Assembly: GCA_977017575.1 (NCBI GenBank)
Contig: CDRNVI010000084.1
Span: 44,019-108,018, forward strand
Direction of reading: 5' to 3'
Length of the DNA: 64,000 nt
Source of the DNA: Paramoeba atlantica
Lineage: Eukaryota > Protista > Discosea
A model generated the notes under the pieces. It ran no database searches. It worked only from the letters and a program-made list of their open reading frames with translations, and was not told where the DNA came from. Positions within the stretch are counted from its first letter, which is position 1; each line of letters opens with the position of its first letter. Of this stretch, positions 39,661 through 51,861 are shown piece after piece. A program made the position numbers and the translations under genes.

Positions 39661-40700
39661 CGAGTGGGTGGTCCCCGCCGGGGAACTACCCATTCACAAG
39701 AGAGAGAAAGTTTGAATATTGTTTTGTGGACGTCCATATATTTTTTGTTATCATTCCGTCCCTATTTCTGAGCCAGTGGGATCGTCTGGGGAACTGCCAA
39801 GTAGCGCCCAAGAAATGGCAGGGGGGAGACAGATTGAGGGACCCTCCTTGACGCTTCCGGAGGCCCCACAGGAGGGCAGGCCCAGGCTCCTTGACCCCAA
39901 CGCATTGAACCCTTATGAACCGATAACCTTTGAACCGTGGATTAATGCGTTAGACGACGACGGATTCCGTACCAGAGATTTGATTCGCGAGCTGAGAGAG
40001 GCCCCGGAATTTGGTTTGCATGGTAACCGATTTTATTATGATCGGAGCTTCGTTAAGCAGCAGGAACGTGTGTTCAATTCGATTTTTTGCAAGTGGATTG
40101 TTTTTGCTCGGTTGATACCAAATCGGAACCAAGGGGTCTATCTCGAGATGGGACGCGGAATAATTCAAACCCTTCGGGATGCTTACTGGCGGGCGCGCCG
40201 AGTTGACGTTGATCTCGTCCACCAGAAAATGGAGAGGAAACTGGAGAAATTGGAGAGAAAATGGAAGTAGGACGAGCGAATGGGTGGTCCCCGCGTCACC
40301 CGTTCGCAAGCTGGGAGAGGACAGAAGTGTTGTGGGATTATTTAATTTTGTTATGTTATGACCGGTCATACAGTATTCATATGAATTTTGAACGTGCATA
40401 GAATTGAACGTATCAAATATCAGATAGAAGAGGGGAATGAAGATATTGTTTTGCTTAGTGCTTTCTTTCTTTCTTATAATATTTATGATGCACAATTCTT
40501 CCTATACTGCGAGACCTAGTTTGCGAGCAAGGCCCAACTGTGAGCGTGGGTTTATCTGTATCTGTAGTTTGCGAGCAAGGCCCAACTGTGAGCGTAGCCC
40601 ACGTTTTTCCCTTCGAACGGAGTTCTACACCACGTTGTAGCTCTCGTGATAAAAATTACTAGGCTGTTCTATTTTACTTCGGTTTCGTCCCTTCTTTTTA

Positions 40701-41885
40701 ATGAATAACAGTCAAGCGGGGAGTGCACGCGAAGCTCTTTTGAATAGTTTTGTGCGTTTCGTAGACAGCGAAATGCGTCGCACTCAAGAACAAGAGGAAG
40801 AAGAAGAGTTACCTCGCACTCCAGAGGAATTACGAACTCCTGGTGCCTGGGCTGACAGACTTATTTTTAGCCCCTTGGTTGGGGCCGAAGCTGCTGCACG
40901 TACTTTGCTTCCGTCAGTTCGTGTATGTCCAGGTTGTGCTGAGTTTTCTTGTGTGCGCGCGTGGCGAAATTTTAATATGATCCCTCAAGGCAAGCGTGCA
41001 GAATCCTGGATGAAAAATCACGGTCTGTTGAAAGCACCTTCTTGTACTGTGCATGGTCCAAGTATGATGCGGGATATACCCGGACGGCCTAACATCCAAA
41101 TGTGCTGTTTTCATGAATTCCAGCGCAATCCGTGTCGGATGAAGCGAGGAAAACTTGAACCTTATGTGTCTGGTCGAATGGACATTGACGCGGGAAAGTT
41201 GCTTCGAATTTGGGCAGATATTGCCGATAATTTGACAGCGGGCCAAATTGCGAGAAACCGTTCCATTAGGCACAAGGTGGTGACGAAAATTCTACACGAC
41301 TTAGGCAATGCAGCACTACACCAAGAAGAAAATGCGGTGTACGCATTTTCTAGTCTGCAGGTGGATGAAACCTTCGTGGGAAAACGGAAATACCACCGAG
41401 GAAGACGCCCCCGAAACGTGGGACATTGGTTTGTGAGCATAACCGAGGTTAAGGGAAGACGAATGGGTCGGACTCATTGGAAGCTCGTTAAGCGACGAGA
41501 CCACGAAACTTTGAAAAATTTCATACTTCCGCACTTGGAGAGTGCGCGGTCTTTGGTAGTGACTGATGCTTGGCGTGGATACTTGGGGATGGAGGAGTTC
41601 TGTCGGCACTTCGCCGTGAACCATTCGAGAGAGTTCGTTGAACTCCATGGCTATCATACGAACCATGCGGAGTGTGTGCACCGAATTATAAAAGACTGGA
41701 CCAAGCGCCAGCACTATAATTTCGGTGCATCAGCTCAAGACCTCAAGCGCAATATTGCTCTCCAATGCGTTAAATTCGGGAGCGTACACAATGATCCAGA
41801 GCGAGCCAAGCTTCCAATGAGGTGGGCATGTCAGAAGAAGAAGTGCGTTTTGGGCGCACTAAAGGGATACACTTTTTTTTTTTAA
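40701..41885 (+). CDS. Merlin / ISXO2 transposase (duplicate copy)
   Basis: Identical translation to 33972-35156. Confidence 0.92.
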   Translation: MNNSQAGSAREALLNSFVRFVDSEMRRTQEQEEEEELPRTPEELRTPGAWADRLIFSPLVGAEAAARTLLPSVRVCPGCAEFSCVRAWRNFNMIPQGKRAESWMKNHGLLKAPSCTVHGPSMMRDIPGRPNIQMCCFHEFQRNPCRMKRGKLEPYVSGRMDIDAGKLLRIWADIADNLTAGQIARNRSIRHKVVTKILHDLGNAALHQEENAVYAFSSLQVDETFVGKRKYHRGRRPRNVGHWFVSITEVKGRRMGRTHWKLVKRRDHETLKNFILPHLESARSLVVTDAWRGYLGMEEFCRHFAVNHSREFVELHGYHTNHAECVHRIIKDWTKRQHYNFGASAQDLKRNIALQCVKFGSVHNDPERAKLPMRWACQKKKCVLGALKGYTFFF

Positions 41886-43016
41886 AATCACCTTCAGCTT
41901 TAGAAGGGCATACGACCTTTTAGCTGCAACTTGCAGCCTTTAACTATTCTGCATTGGACGGTGATAAACTTTCATACTTCAGAAAATCACTTTCAGCTTT
42001 AGAAGGGCATACAACCTTTTAGCTGCAACTTGCAGCCTTTAACTATTCTCAACATTCCCCAAACAACTTCAACTTTCCGCTACTGCATGTCTCTCGTGTA
42101 AACCCCGAGGCTATGCACACGCCAGTTTTAGGTTTCGTGCGGTGAAGTCGAACTTCGTGGAATAAGGGCCCGAGCTGAATGGGGTTTTTGGGCGCTCGAG
42201 GGCCATTGCTCCGTTTCATTCTACTTTTCATGCATACGAAACTGGTCCGAAAAAGGCGAACTTCGTGGAATAAAGACCCGAGCTGAAAAGGGTTTTTGGG
42301 CGCTCGAGGGCCGATGCTCCGTTTTATTCTACTTTTCACGCATTCGAAACTGGTCCGAAAAATACAAACTCCGTGGATTAGGGGCCCGAGCTGAATGAGG
42401 TTTTTGGGCGCTCGAGGGCCATTGGTCCATGTAGTCGTCTTTTTCACCGATGCCAAGCCGGAGGGGTATAACCGAATATTCATATCAATCCGATTTCAAT
42501 ATCAATCTCACTTATGGAACGATCATTACATTTTTGTACTTGCTTGTTTGTACCTGGAGGTTTGGGGGAGGGGGGGCACTCGATGAATATTCATCGAACG
42601 GACAGTGCGTTCGATGAATGAAAACGCAATTTTTTTTGTAAAAAAATGCTCGACGAACGGAGCTTGGTTTTTTATTGTAAGCGAGACTGAAATACCGTTG
42701 GAAAAGGTTATAGTCCTTGCGCGCACTAATAGGGATCGTGAGGACACGTACAGAAACAGCATCTTTATGTCTTGAAGGATTAAACCTTGCTTGCATGGTA
42801 TTCTTGCGCCCAAAACAATTTTTTTTTCATTTTTTTTTTTGCAATTAATGAGGGGGGAGAAGTATGAGTCGCGGCATTGCCTCTATATTTTAACCCAGTA
42901 GACGAACCAAGTAGGTCCATTGGGGGATATACGAGTTGAAAACAAGCAATCAAATTAGCAATTTTATATTGTTTTTTTTTTGGAGCCCAAAACGAGCAAT
43001 TCGATCTCCCGTAAGT

Positions 43017-45169
43017 ATAATAACAATAATAACAATAATAACAAAAATAATAAAAACAAGCAATCCACGCCCAATCCATTCGCGCGTTCCGGACCGGGTC
43101 TTTCGACCTCTCCACGGCCTGACTTGTGAACCCTTCCCTTGCTATATGGGAGGGCGCAGGCGCGGGCCTGTGTCGACAGCGACACGGTCGCGAAACAGGA
43201 TGCTGGTCGACGGGGAGGAGATTCACTTCCCGTGTGCTACCTCACTTGGGGTACCTAGCCCTCGCGGGCTAGGCGTGAGCATAGACTCTGTCGACTCGAC
43301 CAACATCCAGGCCAGAAGTTTTCCTTACTCTTCTTTGCCATACCCCACAAGTGCAGGGCCTGTGTTCGCCGAGGGGAGGCGAAGAACGAGCATACGCGCC
43401 TGGGAGCGCATGAGGGTGACGTTCACACTTGTTAGTATTTGCTGTAACGCCCCCCCTTGCGAAAGTGTTCCACCTGAGGTCGCAGCTTGGCCTTTCGAGA
43501 CTTCCCGCAAGACCGACATAGCGGCCGGACTCCAGCATCCGTATGTTTCGACAGCCATAGCTGTGAACTTGGTCTTCGCTTCTTCAGCTTCCTCCCGTTG
43601 CTTCCGCTTGTGTTCGACGGCGTACCTCTCGGCGAATGACCCGGCTGCCACCATGTTAGCATCACGGACCAGGTCCGTATACTTTTGTTGCTGAACATGT
43701 GTGACAGCGAAATCAAGGACGAGGGCCTGACCGAGACCACCGTTCCGGACATAGACATCTGCGGGTCGCGTGAGGGCGCCGCCCGGACCCCTGTTTCCCA
43801 GAGAGACTTCTCTCTGTGGGCTCAACCCGGCCTTGCTGCATTCAGCGGAGAACTGTTCCGCTAGGGCGTTGTGCCTTGTAATGATTCCGTGGCCGCACTT
43901 GCAGGCTAGCGCATGGTCCCCCCCAGGGCCGAGTGGGAGGCGACAATTCGGAATCGGGCAGTTGTGACCTTGAGGGTATATACTCTCCCCGAGCCACCAA
44001 CGAATCAGAGTCCGAAGCTCAGTAGGGGTGTAGGCATGACCGCAGAGAGTTGAGGGAACCGTGAAGGCCCAGTTGGATGCCCCGTCGCCCGTTTGTGAGA
44101 GCCACCTAGCCCGAGTGCGGGGATCCGCTCTTGCGTAATCTTCCTCAAAGTCTCTCGCTGAAATCGCATGACTGAGATCGCGTTGTCGAGGAATCGCCAG
44201 ATCTTGAGAAAGGTCAATATCGGGGGAGGGCGAGAAGGGGCATCTCTTTATGACGGAGTCCTTGTGGATTTTCCCGGTAGATTTGTCCACCATACACCCC
44301 ACTACACGCCGAGTGTTTTATCATGCACTTATAGTGCAGAGATTTGCTCACCATGTCCTTATCCCGCATACGACGGGTGGATCATGTGAGGTTTCGTCCT
44401 CGCCGGAGGTGTGCGGGTGCGGAGAGCTGGCGTCCCAGGTGCAGAGAGCTCGGTTGTCATGTGCAGGTGCAGAGAGCCGGATGCGTAATCCCCATATTAC
44501 AGTTTCGGGGGCAATCCGGGTGCAGAGAGCTGCGACAGAGCCGAGGTGCGGAGAGCTGGGCGACCGCCAGGTGCAGAGAGCCGAGTCTCGTCGGCGGAGG
44601 ACACGTCTAGTGGTCCTCAAGGGAGGCCACTGTGACGCATGGCCCTCTCGGAGAGGAAAAAGACAAGTCGAAAAAAAAGCCGAGAGGGGGAAGCACACTC
44701 ACTCCAGGGGAGTGAGTCGGGGAGGGGTGAAGTGGTGAAAGCGCGTCCCCTGCTTCAGCGACAAGAGGGACAGTTCCGACCTTAGTGCCGGCCGGCAACG
44801 GGCATGAAAATACAGTAAGAGTATGCCCGTTGCCGGGGAAAGAAAGGATGAACTAAGGAAAAAGGATTAATGTCCTCCACGGCGTAAGAAAAGCCCTCAG
44901 CCTCATTTGCATCCCATCGATCCTTGTCGGAAGCGAAAGCTACTGAAGCTACGTACGCTGAGGTGGCATGCATTTCCGCTGAGCGAAGGCCGAGACCGCC
45001 GAACTGTTTATTTCTTTGTGCTTGTCGTCGAGCCATGTCACTCAGTGGGCGACAAAACGTTTCAACAGTACGCTGAACGGCGTTGTCGAGTCTGCGACAT
45101 AAGTCCAGTAGTTCGTCCGTCGGCGTCGTGCGAAGGGAGTAAACCATCTGGCAAAACCCTGTGCTTTCA
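43017..45169 (-). mobile_element. Duplicate of the truncated CRE element at 36288-38440
   Basis: Part of the 6,729-bp duplication. Confidence 0.9.
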
Positions 45170-45845
45170 TTTTTTTTTTTTTGCGAATAATTGGGGGGAG
45201 TAGTATTGATTCTAATGTTTATATCTACGTTTCGAACTTTCCGCCAATTAAAACCTTTCACCCTACTTCCTTCCTTCCCCTACTTCCTTCCCCTCACCAC
45301 ACTCACTTCCCTTACCCCACTTACGCCCTACCGACTGACGCGTCCCTGCTGACCGGCTCGTCCGCACTGTGGCCCATGTGGTCCAGGACCTCCGCTCCCA
45401 CCCCGTTAGCAGTATAAGATACTTTGAGTTGCTGTACGAGGGTGGGAGACTTGGAGGAGACGAAACGCATAGCCGCCGTCACGCCGAGGGCAAAAATCGG
45501 GAAGAGGGACATGGCGGGACGGACGCGGGGACAAGGAGAAACGACGCCCGAGCCCATCGGTCTGGACCTCTGCCCCCACCCCGTGAGCAAGTATACAATA
45601 CTTTGGGCTGCTGGCACGGGGGTGGGGTACGCAAGAGAGGAAAACAACAGAACGACAAGCGCGCCGACACAGAAGGTCGAGGTGGGGGGATACGGCGCAG
45701 GGGGATGATGGGACGAGAGAGGGAGGGGGGATGCCGACAAGAAAGTGTGTATTTGAGGGGGGTGCCCTCCCATGGTCTGGAAGATGGTGTAGGGAAGAAA
45801 AAGGAAACAACAAGGTACAGAAACTGTATCTTTATCGTTAAAGTT
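45170..45845 (-). mobile_element. SL-headed retrosequence, copy 2 (duplicate of copy 1); SL at 45808-45845
   Basis: Same structure; A13 tail. Confidence 0.8.
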
Positions 45846-47016
45846 CATTTTTTTTTATTTTTTATTTTTTCTTGTTTTTTTTTAGCCAGTCAGGTTGAGC
45901 CCTGAGTCCCAGCAAAATAAGGGGGAGGGGGGGCACTCGATGAATATTCATCGAACGCACTGTCCGGCCCGGATCTGTGCATTACGGCGTCTTTACAGAT
46001 TTGTTGATGTTCCCGCTTCCGCCCGCAATCCATAAGATCTCCACAAGAAGAACACTTGTATGAAGTAAATTGTCGGGGTTCTCGCTCACACGGAATGCCA
46101 GCTTTCAAGCATAGATTATAAATTCTTCTGACTAGAGCATTATGTTTCATGGTTGTTCCCGGGGCATTTCACACATCCGGATACATGCGACATGGCAGAC
46201 GCTGCGCTCAAGGTAGACGTAAACTTCATGCAATCAATAACCAAGCAGAACGGACATGTGAGCGATTTTGATGTGTATGAGGAATGAGTGAGTGAGGAGA
46301 CGAGATGACGAGGGGGGGCTCTCAGATAGTAGGCAATCTGGGGTTTCTTCTTCTTGCCGTCACTAGCGTTTGGGTGATTTGAAGACTGGCGAGTGGGTGG
46401 TCCCCGCCGGGGAACTACCCATTCACAAGAGAGAGAAAGTTTGAATATTGTTTTGTGGACGTCCATATATTTTTTGTTATCATTATAGTCAGGATAGAAA
46501 AGTTGAAAGACATGTAGTTATTTAGTTTTATTTACTTGATGAATATTATTTACTTAGGAAAATTCTTTATGAAATCAACGTCTTCTCTCCCCTGCATCAT
46601 AATGAAAGTAAACCATGTTAAAACCAATTTTCCTAGTAAGAAATCAGCGTCTTCTTTCTCACACATAATAAACAAGAATAAATAAAATGAAACCAATTCC
46701 TAAATCATGTAATATCTTTCTTCATAAAGCAATTCAAAGAATTCAACTGCTTTAGTATCCTCACCACCTATCCATGAAAAGAAATTAAGGTACCTGGCCA
46801 TTTCAATCAAACTTGCAGTATTCGAAACAAATCCACAACAAACTCCTTTACTTACGAACGGGCATCCCGTCCGCCAACTCCGCGAACCAGCCCGCTCGCA
46901 CGTAATACCACCACCCGAGCGCATGTGTTTTCAGCAAATGGTGGCGGCCACCTACTGAAACACCTACATGTATAGCCCCGCTATTGCTTATTTGACCAAG
47001 TCACTGAGCGCATCTG

Positions 47017-47704
47017 TTTTTTTTTGTTGTTTTTTTGCAAATAATTGGGGGGAATAGTATTGAGTCTAACTTTTTATGTATGGAGTCCAACTTTTCCACA
47101 ATTTCCACACTTACGGCCCTTCACTTTCCCTTACTCCCCATACTTTCCACACCTACCCCTCTTAGCCCTCTCGTACTTCCCTTCCCTCACTCCCTACCCC
47201 ACTCACCGATCCGCATGTACCCAGGCCCGTATGGTCCTGCACCTCCGCTCCCACCCCGTTAGCAGTAATAAATACTTTTGGTTGCCGTACGAGGGTGGGA
47301 GACGTGGAGGCCACGAAACACAAAGACGTCGTCACGCCGAGGGAGAAGAGCGCGGAGAGAGACACGGGGCGACTGACGCAGGGGCGAGAGGAGGCGAAGC
47401 ACGGGCCCATCTGCCAGGAACTCTGCCCCCACCCCGTGAGCAAGTATTGTATACTTTTGGCTGCTGACACGGGGGTGGGGGACGCGAGAGAGAAACACAA
47501 CAGGGGGGCAAGCGCACTGCGGAGGGAGGGTGAGGTGGGGGGATGCGGCGCAGGGGGGTGATGGGACGAGACGGGGAAGGGGGATGCCGACAAAAAGGAG
47601 TGTATTTGAGGGGGGTGCCCTCCCATGGTCTGGAAGATGGTGTATGGAAGAAAAGGGGAAATAATTCAACAAGATACAGAAACTGTATCTTTATCGTTAA
47701 AGTT
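47017..47704 (-). mobile_element. SL-headed retrosequence, diverged copy 3; SL at 47667-47704
   Basis: Colinear with copy 1 but clearly diverged; same 3' end CCCCCCAATTATT(C/T)GC then an A-rich tail. Confidence 0.8.
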
Positions 47705-47750
47705 TCCCCCTCCCCCCCCTGCGGCTGTTAAATGATTGGGGGGGACCGAA

Positions 47751-50700
47751 TTACTCATCGTTCCCATATCCAAGGAGGGCCGTGTCAGGGACCGCCGCGG
47801 GAAGTCGGAGTACCAGCATCCGAGCCTGTGTCCGCATCAGAGTGATGTTAAGTGACGTCACCAATTGGTGTAAGGCTTCCCCGTTCGAAAGGGTACCCCC
47901 GGAGTATGCCGCACGAGAGACGGAAACCTCCTTGAGGATCGCAAAGGCGCTTGGACTCCACGCTCCATAAGATTCCACGACCATCGCTCCAAATCGATGG
48001 CGTGCAAACTCTGCTTCCTCTCTTTGCTTCTTTTTGTTTTCGGTGGCGTATCGTTCCGCAAAAGACCCCGCCGTCACCCAGTTAGCATCACGGACTAAGT
48101 CCGCATACTTTGGTTGCTGAACATGAGTGACGGCGAAGTCTAATACAAGAGACTGGCCTAGCCCGATTGTAGGGATGAACACGTCTCCGGGCCTGGTGAG
48201 GGCGCCCCCAGGACTCTTGTTGCCCAGACTCACTTCTCTCCGCGGGGTGAAACCGGCCTTTTTACATTCAGAAGTAAACTGTGCCGCTAGTGCGTTGTGG
48301 CGTGCGATTATACCATGCCCGCTTTTGCACCCCAGAGCGTGGTCACCCTCGGGATCTAGCGGTAGCGTGCATTTTTCCATAGGACAAGCCCGGGACGCTG
48401 GATAGATTGGGTCCCCTAGCCACCAGCGTGTGAGGGTGCGAAACTCCGTCGGTGTGAAAGCCAGACCGGTTTTCTTGGAGGGGATCACAAAAGCCCATTC
48501 TGAGGCTCCTTCTCCTGTTTCTGATATCCATCTGGCCCGTGTGCGAAGGTCAGCTTTCGCAAATGCCTCGTGAAATTCCTGGTTGGCGATGGCGTGGCTA
48601 AGGTCGCGTTGTCGGGGAATCACCAGTTCTGTTCCAGATTCCTGCGCGTCGGTATACGGAGAATCAGTCGCCAAAGCCATATTTTTCGGAATTTTGCCGC
48701 CTTGTTGGACCACCGTCTTTCCCGCACGCCTGTTCACCTCCCGCACGGCATGGTCAAAGCCCTCAGCGTCCGCTGGGTCCCAACGGTCTTTGTCCGTTGA
48801 GAAAGCTACGGAGGCAACGTAAGCCGCACTCGAATGTTCCCCCGCCGACCGAAGGCCCAACCCCCCGTACCGCTTTTCGCGTTGCGCCTGGCGTCGCGCC
48901 CCATCACTCAAAGGACGGAAGAAGTGTTCAATAGTGCGCTGGACGGCATCATCTAAGCGTTGGCAGATATCTTGAAGTTCCGTTGTCGGGGTAGTCCTGA
49001 GCGAGTAAACCATTTTACAGAAACCAGTACAGTGGCGTATGAGGGAAAGGGCCACCTGGGGATCTTCAAGTGTAGCTATGGCCTCGAGAGATTCCTCTGC
49101 CATGTCGATTGTGTTCTTGAGAAAGAATTCGCGGCAAAATTCTGTCGAACCAATTGGACTCCCCAAAATATGAAAATTTCCTGCCGAATTCGTGTTCAGA
49201 CCGGGGATGTCAGGGAAAAGTGAGCAACGATGGGAGGAAGCTGGGTGTGTTGCGATCTCGCACTTGGCCACGTTGATATGCAATCCCCATTTCGGGCCGG
49301 ACATCGCGATCACGTCTAGTGCGTGCCGAACGTCGCAGGATGGGCCGGCGAGTATCCCGTCGTCTAAGTACCACAGGTTTAAAGCGAGTTTCGGAGCGGC
49401 AGTGTGGATTTGTAGGGAAACTTCTTTCATCACAAGCGAAAAGAGCAGAGGGCCCAGGGGGTCGCCTTGTTGCACCCCTTCAGATGATTCGATAAAGCGT
49501 GAGCCAAAGGTCAGAATGCTTTGAGTGTTGTAACACCACTCCACGTACGCACCCAGCTCAGGGAAATGCTGGCGTGTTAGGGCCACAAAGAAATCCCGTG
49601 AGACGTTATTGAAAGCGTTTTTGAGGTCGACTTTGCATAGCAGGAAGTCGTCATCCTCAATATGTTCGGCGAAGGTCTTCCGACAGAGGTGGATGATTCG
49701 CTCGGCTCCAGCAGGTGTGGCTACGCCGTACTGGTGCCCTCTGAAGAGTTTTTGGGCCTTGAATTTTGCGGAGAGGCAGGCAACTTTGCTTGCCAAGCGG
49801 CGAAGGGTTTCTCCGGCAGCAATTGGACGAACATCGTGTTCACCCTTTTTCAGGGCGCATAACCGACCACCCGCAAAATAATCTTTGACTTCCAACGGTG
49901 CTTTTCCTGCGAGCAAGTGATTGGTAAACTTCGTAAGCGTGCCCAGAGGATCGGTGTACGCGTCGTGATGGTACTGCATCGCGGCCTGAACGTGCTCCGG
50001 CCGCATACCGAAGGCCCCTCCCGAGGACCCTCGGTGGAAAGTCGCTAGGGCCTCGGCTACATCGTCTTCCGTTGCTTCAAGCGGTTTTGCTTCCGGCGCT
50101 GAAGGGCTTGCCACGTTGAAAGTGCTGTCAAGTCTCTGAGGATGCTTTGCCTGGAGCTTCGAGTAGGTGGCGTCGTCGTCAGGGGCAAGTGGTTCCGAAG
50201 TTAATGCTGTCATGGCGCGGGAGAGCTCCGCGTCGCGGACAAGCCGTTCTGCCCGTAAAGCCGCTTTCTTTACTTCTTCGTCTATGGTAAGCGCTTGTGG
50301 TACATTTTTCTTTTTGCGTGATACACTCGAGACAGCTTCTTTCCAAAGCGCCAGGAAATCTTTGTTGGACCATCTCGCGAGGCACTTCTTTACATGGGAG
50401 GCGTAAGAGGCTTTTGCGCGGTTACCTCCGCGATGAGGGGCGGGTAGGACGCATTTGGGCAGCATGGCGAGGAGTGTCCATGCCTCGAGCGTGTTCTCTC
50501 TCGCTGCTGTGGATAAGCAACCGCAGAGTGTTTTAGCCCATTCTTGTCGGCAACTGTTGGGGATGTCCTTGCAAGTGTTAATAAGTAGCGCACTGATAGA
50601 GGATAAACTCGGAAGGGGTGTGTCGGAGACTTTCACGTTTTCGCTTACTACGCTTTGATGAGAGGGTGTGGAGGGTGAGTTAAGGGCAGGCAGAGCATTC

Positions 50701-51794
50701 CAGTCCACATTGGGGCTTAGAACAGGGTCGGCACTGCTCGTCGAGGGCGACGGACGGCTTTGAGGAGAGGAATGGCGGAACATGCAGATCTTGTCGTGGG
50801 TTTCCCGTTTGCCTTGATCATAATGTTTATTGCAATCATGACACCTAAAACGTCCTTCGTCTTTCCACCACTCGTCTGGGACCTCATCACCGTGTCTGTT
50901 TGCTACGTGGTTGTGGAATGCCTGCCATTGGCCCCCGTGGGGCCCTGTTTTCCAAGTACATCCCTCGAAGGGACATTTTCGCGTATTTTCATGCGTGGTG
51001 TGTGTTTTTTCTATCGCACAGTTTTGGGTTGGGGTCGGTTCGGGGGCATTGTTCATTGTTTCAGCTTTGGGGGCGTCAGGGGAGGTAGTTTTCGACACCT
51101 GCTGGGGACGTTTACGTTTGCCTACAGCCGTTTTCGGGGTTAACTTCTTCAGGGGTGATTCAGCCGGAGAGCTGTGAACACTTGTTGACGCATCTGTGGA
51201 GTCACGGTCATCACTGTCGCCCCCAGACTCGGTGCATAACTGGGTATGTAGCTGGGAAAGTGAGATCCCTTTAGGGCGCTTTTTCTTTTTCCTTACTTTG
51301 GTTCCACCGCTCAACGAAAAGTCGAGGTCTTGAGGCGTCAGGTCGGGGAAAATTAATTTGTCGTCGTCATAATTGTATTCGGTACGAGCTATCCCCCGGT
51401 TGTGGCGCTCGCATTTCTCCTTCACAGCCTTGTTTGTAGATTTCGATTGGCTGAGTGAAGAAGGAGCGGCCCCTTCGAACTGGAAAACGGAATTCTCGGT
51501 GGGACGGACGCTGGAAAATAATTCTTCTTCCGAGCTCGTTTGCTGACGCCCTGTGTCTGGTGTCACGCCTTCGATGGAGTTCGTAATGCTGAGGGCAATG
51601 TCTTCGGCCCGTTGTTCTAATTCTGATGAAGGATCCGGCGGAAGTGGTGTCGTGTACAGCTCTTCCTTGTATGTGCTAGCGCCTTTAACCAGGTCTTTGT
51701 TTGCCTGAAACTGGTCCCATGAACCGAGCTTGTGCGCGCCCGCTTCGCGATCAAAGTTGGATTCCTGTTTTGCTTTAGAGCGAGTTAGAACCAT
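47751..51794 (-). CDS. Full-length CRE/SLACS-clade polyprotein (N-terminal zinc fingers, RT, CCHC, restriction-like endonuclease), intact
   Basis: CPFEGC..HVANRH, CHDC..HDKIC; VRPIAAGE, KVDLKNAFN, GVQQGDPLGP, WYLDDG; CPMEKC..DHALGC, RHNAL, RPGDV, LDFAVTH. Confidence 0.95.
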   Translation of the reverse strand: MVLTRSKAKQESNFDREAGAHKLGSWDQFQANKDLVKGASTYKEELYTTPLPPDPSSELEQRAEDIALSITNSIEGVTPDTGRQQTSSEEELFSSVRPTENSVFQFEGAAPSSLSQSKSTNKAVKEKCERHNRGIARTEYNYDDDKLIFPDLTPQDLDFSLSGGTKVRKKKKRPKGISLSQLHTQLCTESGGDSDDRDSTDASTSVHSSPAESPLKKLTPKTAVGKRKRPQQVSKTTSPDAPKAETMNNAPEPTPTQNCAIEKTHTTHENTRKCPFEGCTWKTGPHGGQWQAFHNHVANRHGDEVPDEWWKDEGRFRCHDCNKHYDQGKRETHDKICMFRHSSPQSRPSPSTSSADPVLSPNVDWNALPALNSPSTPSHQSVVSENVKVSDTPLPSLSSISALLINTCKDIPNSCRQEWAKTLCGCLSTAARENTLEAWTLLAMLPKCVLPAPHRGGNRAKASYASHVKKCLARWSNKDFLALWKEAVSSVSRKKKNVPQALTIDEEVKKAALRAERLVRDAELSRAMTALTSEPLAPDDDATYSKLQAKHPQRLDSTFNVASPSAPEAKPLEATEDDVAEALATFHRGSSGGAFGMRPEHVQAAMQYHHDAYTDPLGTLTKFTNHLLAGKAPLEVKDYFAGGRLCALKKGEHDVRPIAAGETLRRLASKVACLSAKFKAQKLFRGHQYGVATPAGAERIIHLCRKTFAEHIEDDDFLLCKVDLKNAFNNVSRDFFVALTRQHFPELGAYVEWCYNTQSILTFGSRFIESSEGVQQGDPLGPLLFSLVMKEVSLQIHTAAPKLALNLWYLDDGILAGPSCDVRHALDVIAMSGPKWGLHINVAKCEIATHPASSHRCSLFPDIPGLNTNSAGNFHILGSPIGSTEFCREFFLKNTIDMAEESLEAIATLEDPQVALSLIRHCTGFCKMVYSLRTTPTTELQDICQRLDDAVQRTIEHFFRPLSDGARRQAQREKRYGGLGLRSAGEHSSAAYVASVAFSTDKDRWDPADAEGFDHAVREVNRRAGKTVVQQGGKIPKNMALATDSPYTDAQESGTELVIPRQRDLSHAIANQEFHEAFAKADLRTRARWISETGEGASEWAFVIPSKKTGLAFTPTEFRTLTRWWLGDPIYPASRACPMEKCTLPLDPEGDHALGCKSGHGIIARHNALAAQFTSECKKAGFTPRREVSLGNKSPGGALTRPGDVFIPTIGLGQSLVLDFAVTHVQQPKYADLVRDANWVTAGSFAERYATENKKKQREEAEFARHRFGAMVVESYGAWSPSAFAILKEVSVSRAAYSGGTLSNGEALHQLVTSLNITLMRTQARMLVLRLPAAVPDTALLGYGNDE

Positions 51795-51823
51795 GGAACG
51801 TGAGAAAGATTAAGAAAATAAAT

Positions 51824-51861
51824 CAACAAGGTACAGAAACTGTATCTTTATCGTTAAAGAT
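51824..51861 (-). ncRNA. SL exon copy 29 nt upstream of the CRE ATG
   Basis: ATCTTTAACGATAAAGATACAGTTTCTGTACCTTGTTG then ATTTATTTTC...CCATG; preceded by an A-run. Confidence 0.88.

Larger units (their letters stand above)
33029..46484. repeat. 6,729-bp tandem duplication (33029-39755 and 39758-46484)
   Basis: All ORFs recur at +6729; only a few SNPs and homopolymer differences. Confidence 0.97.
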
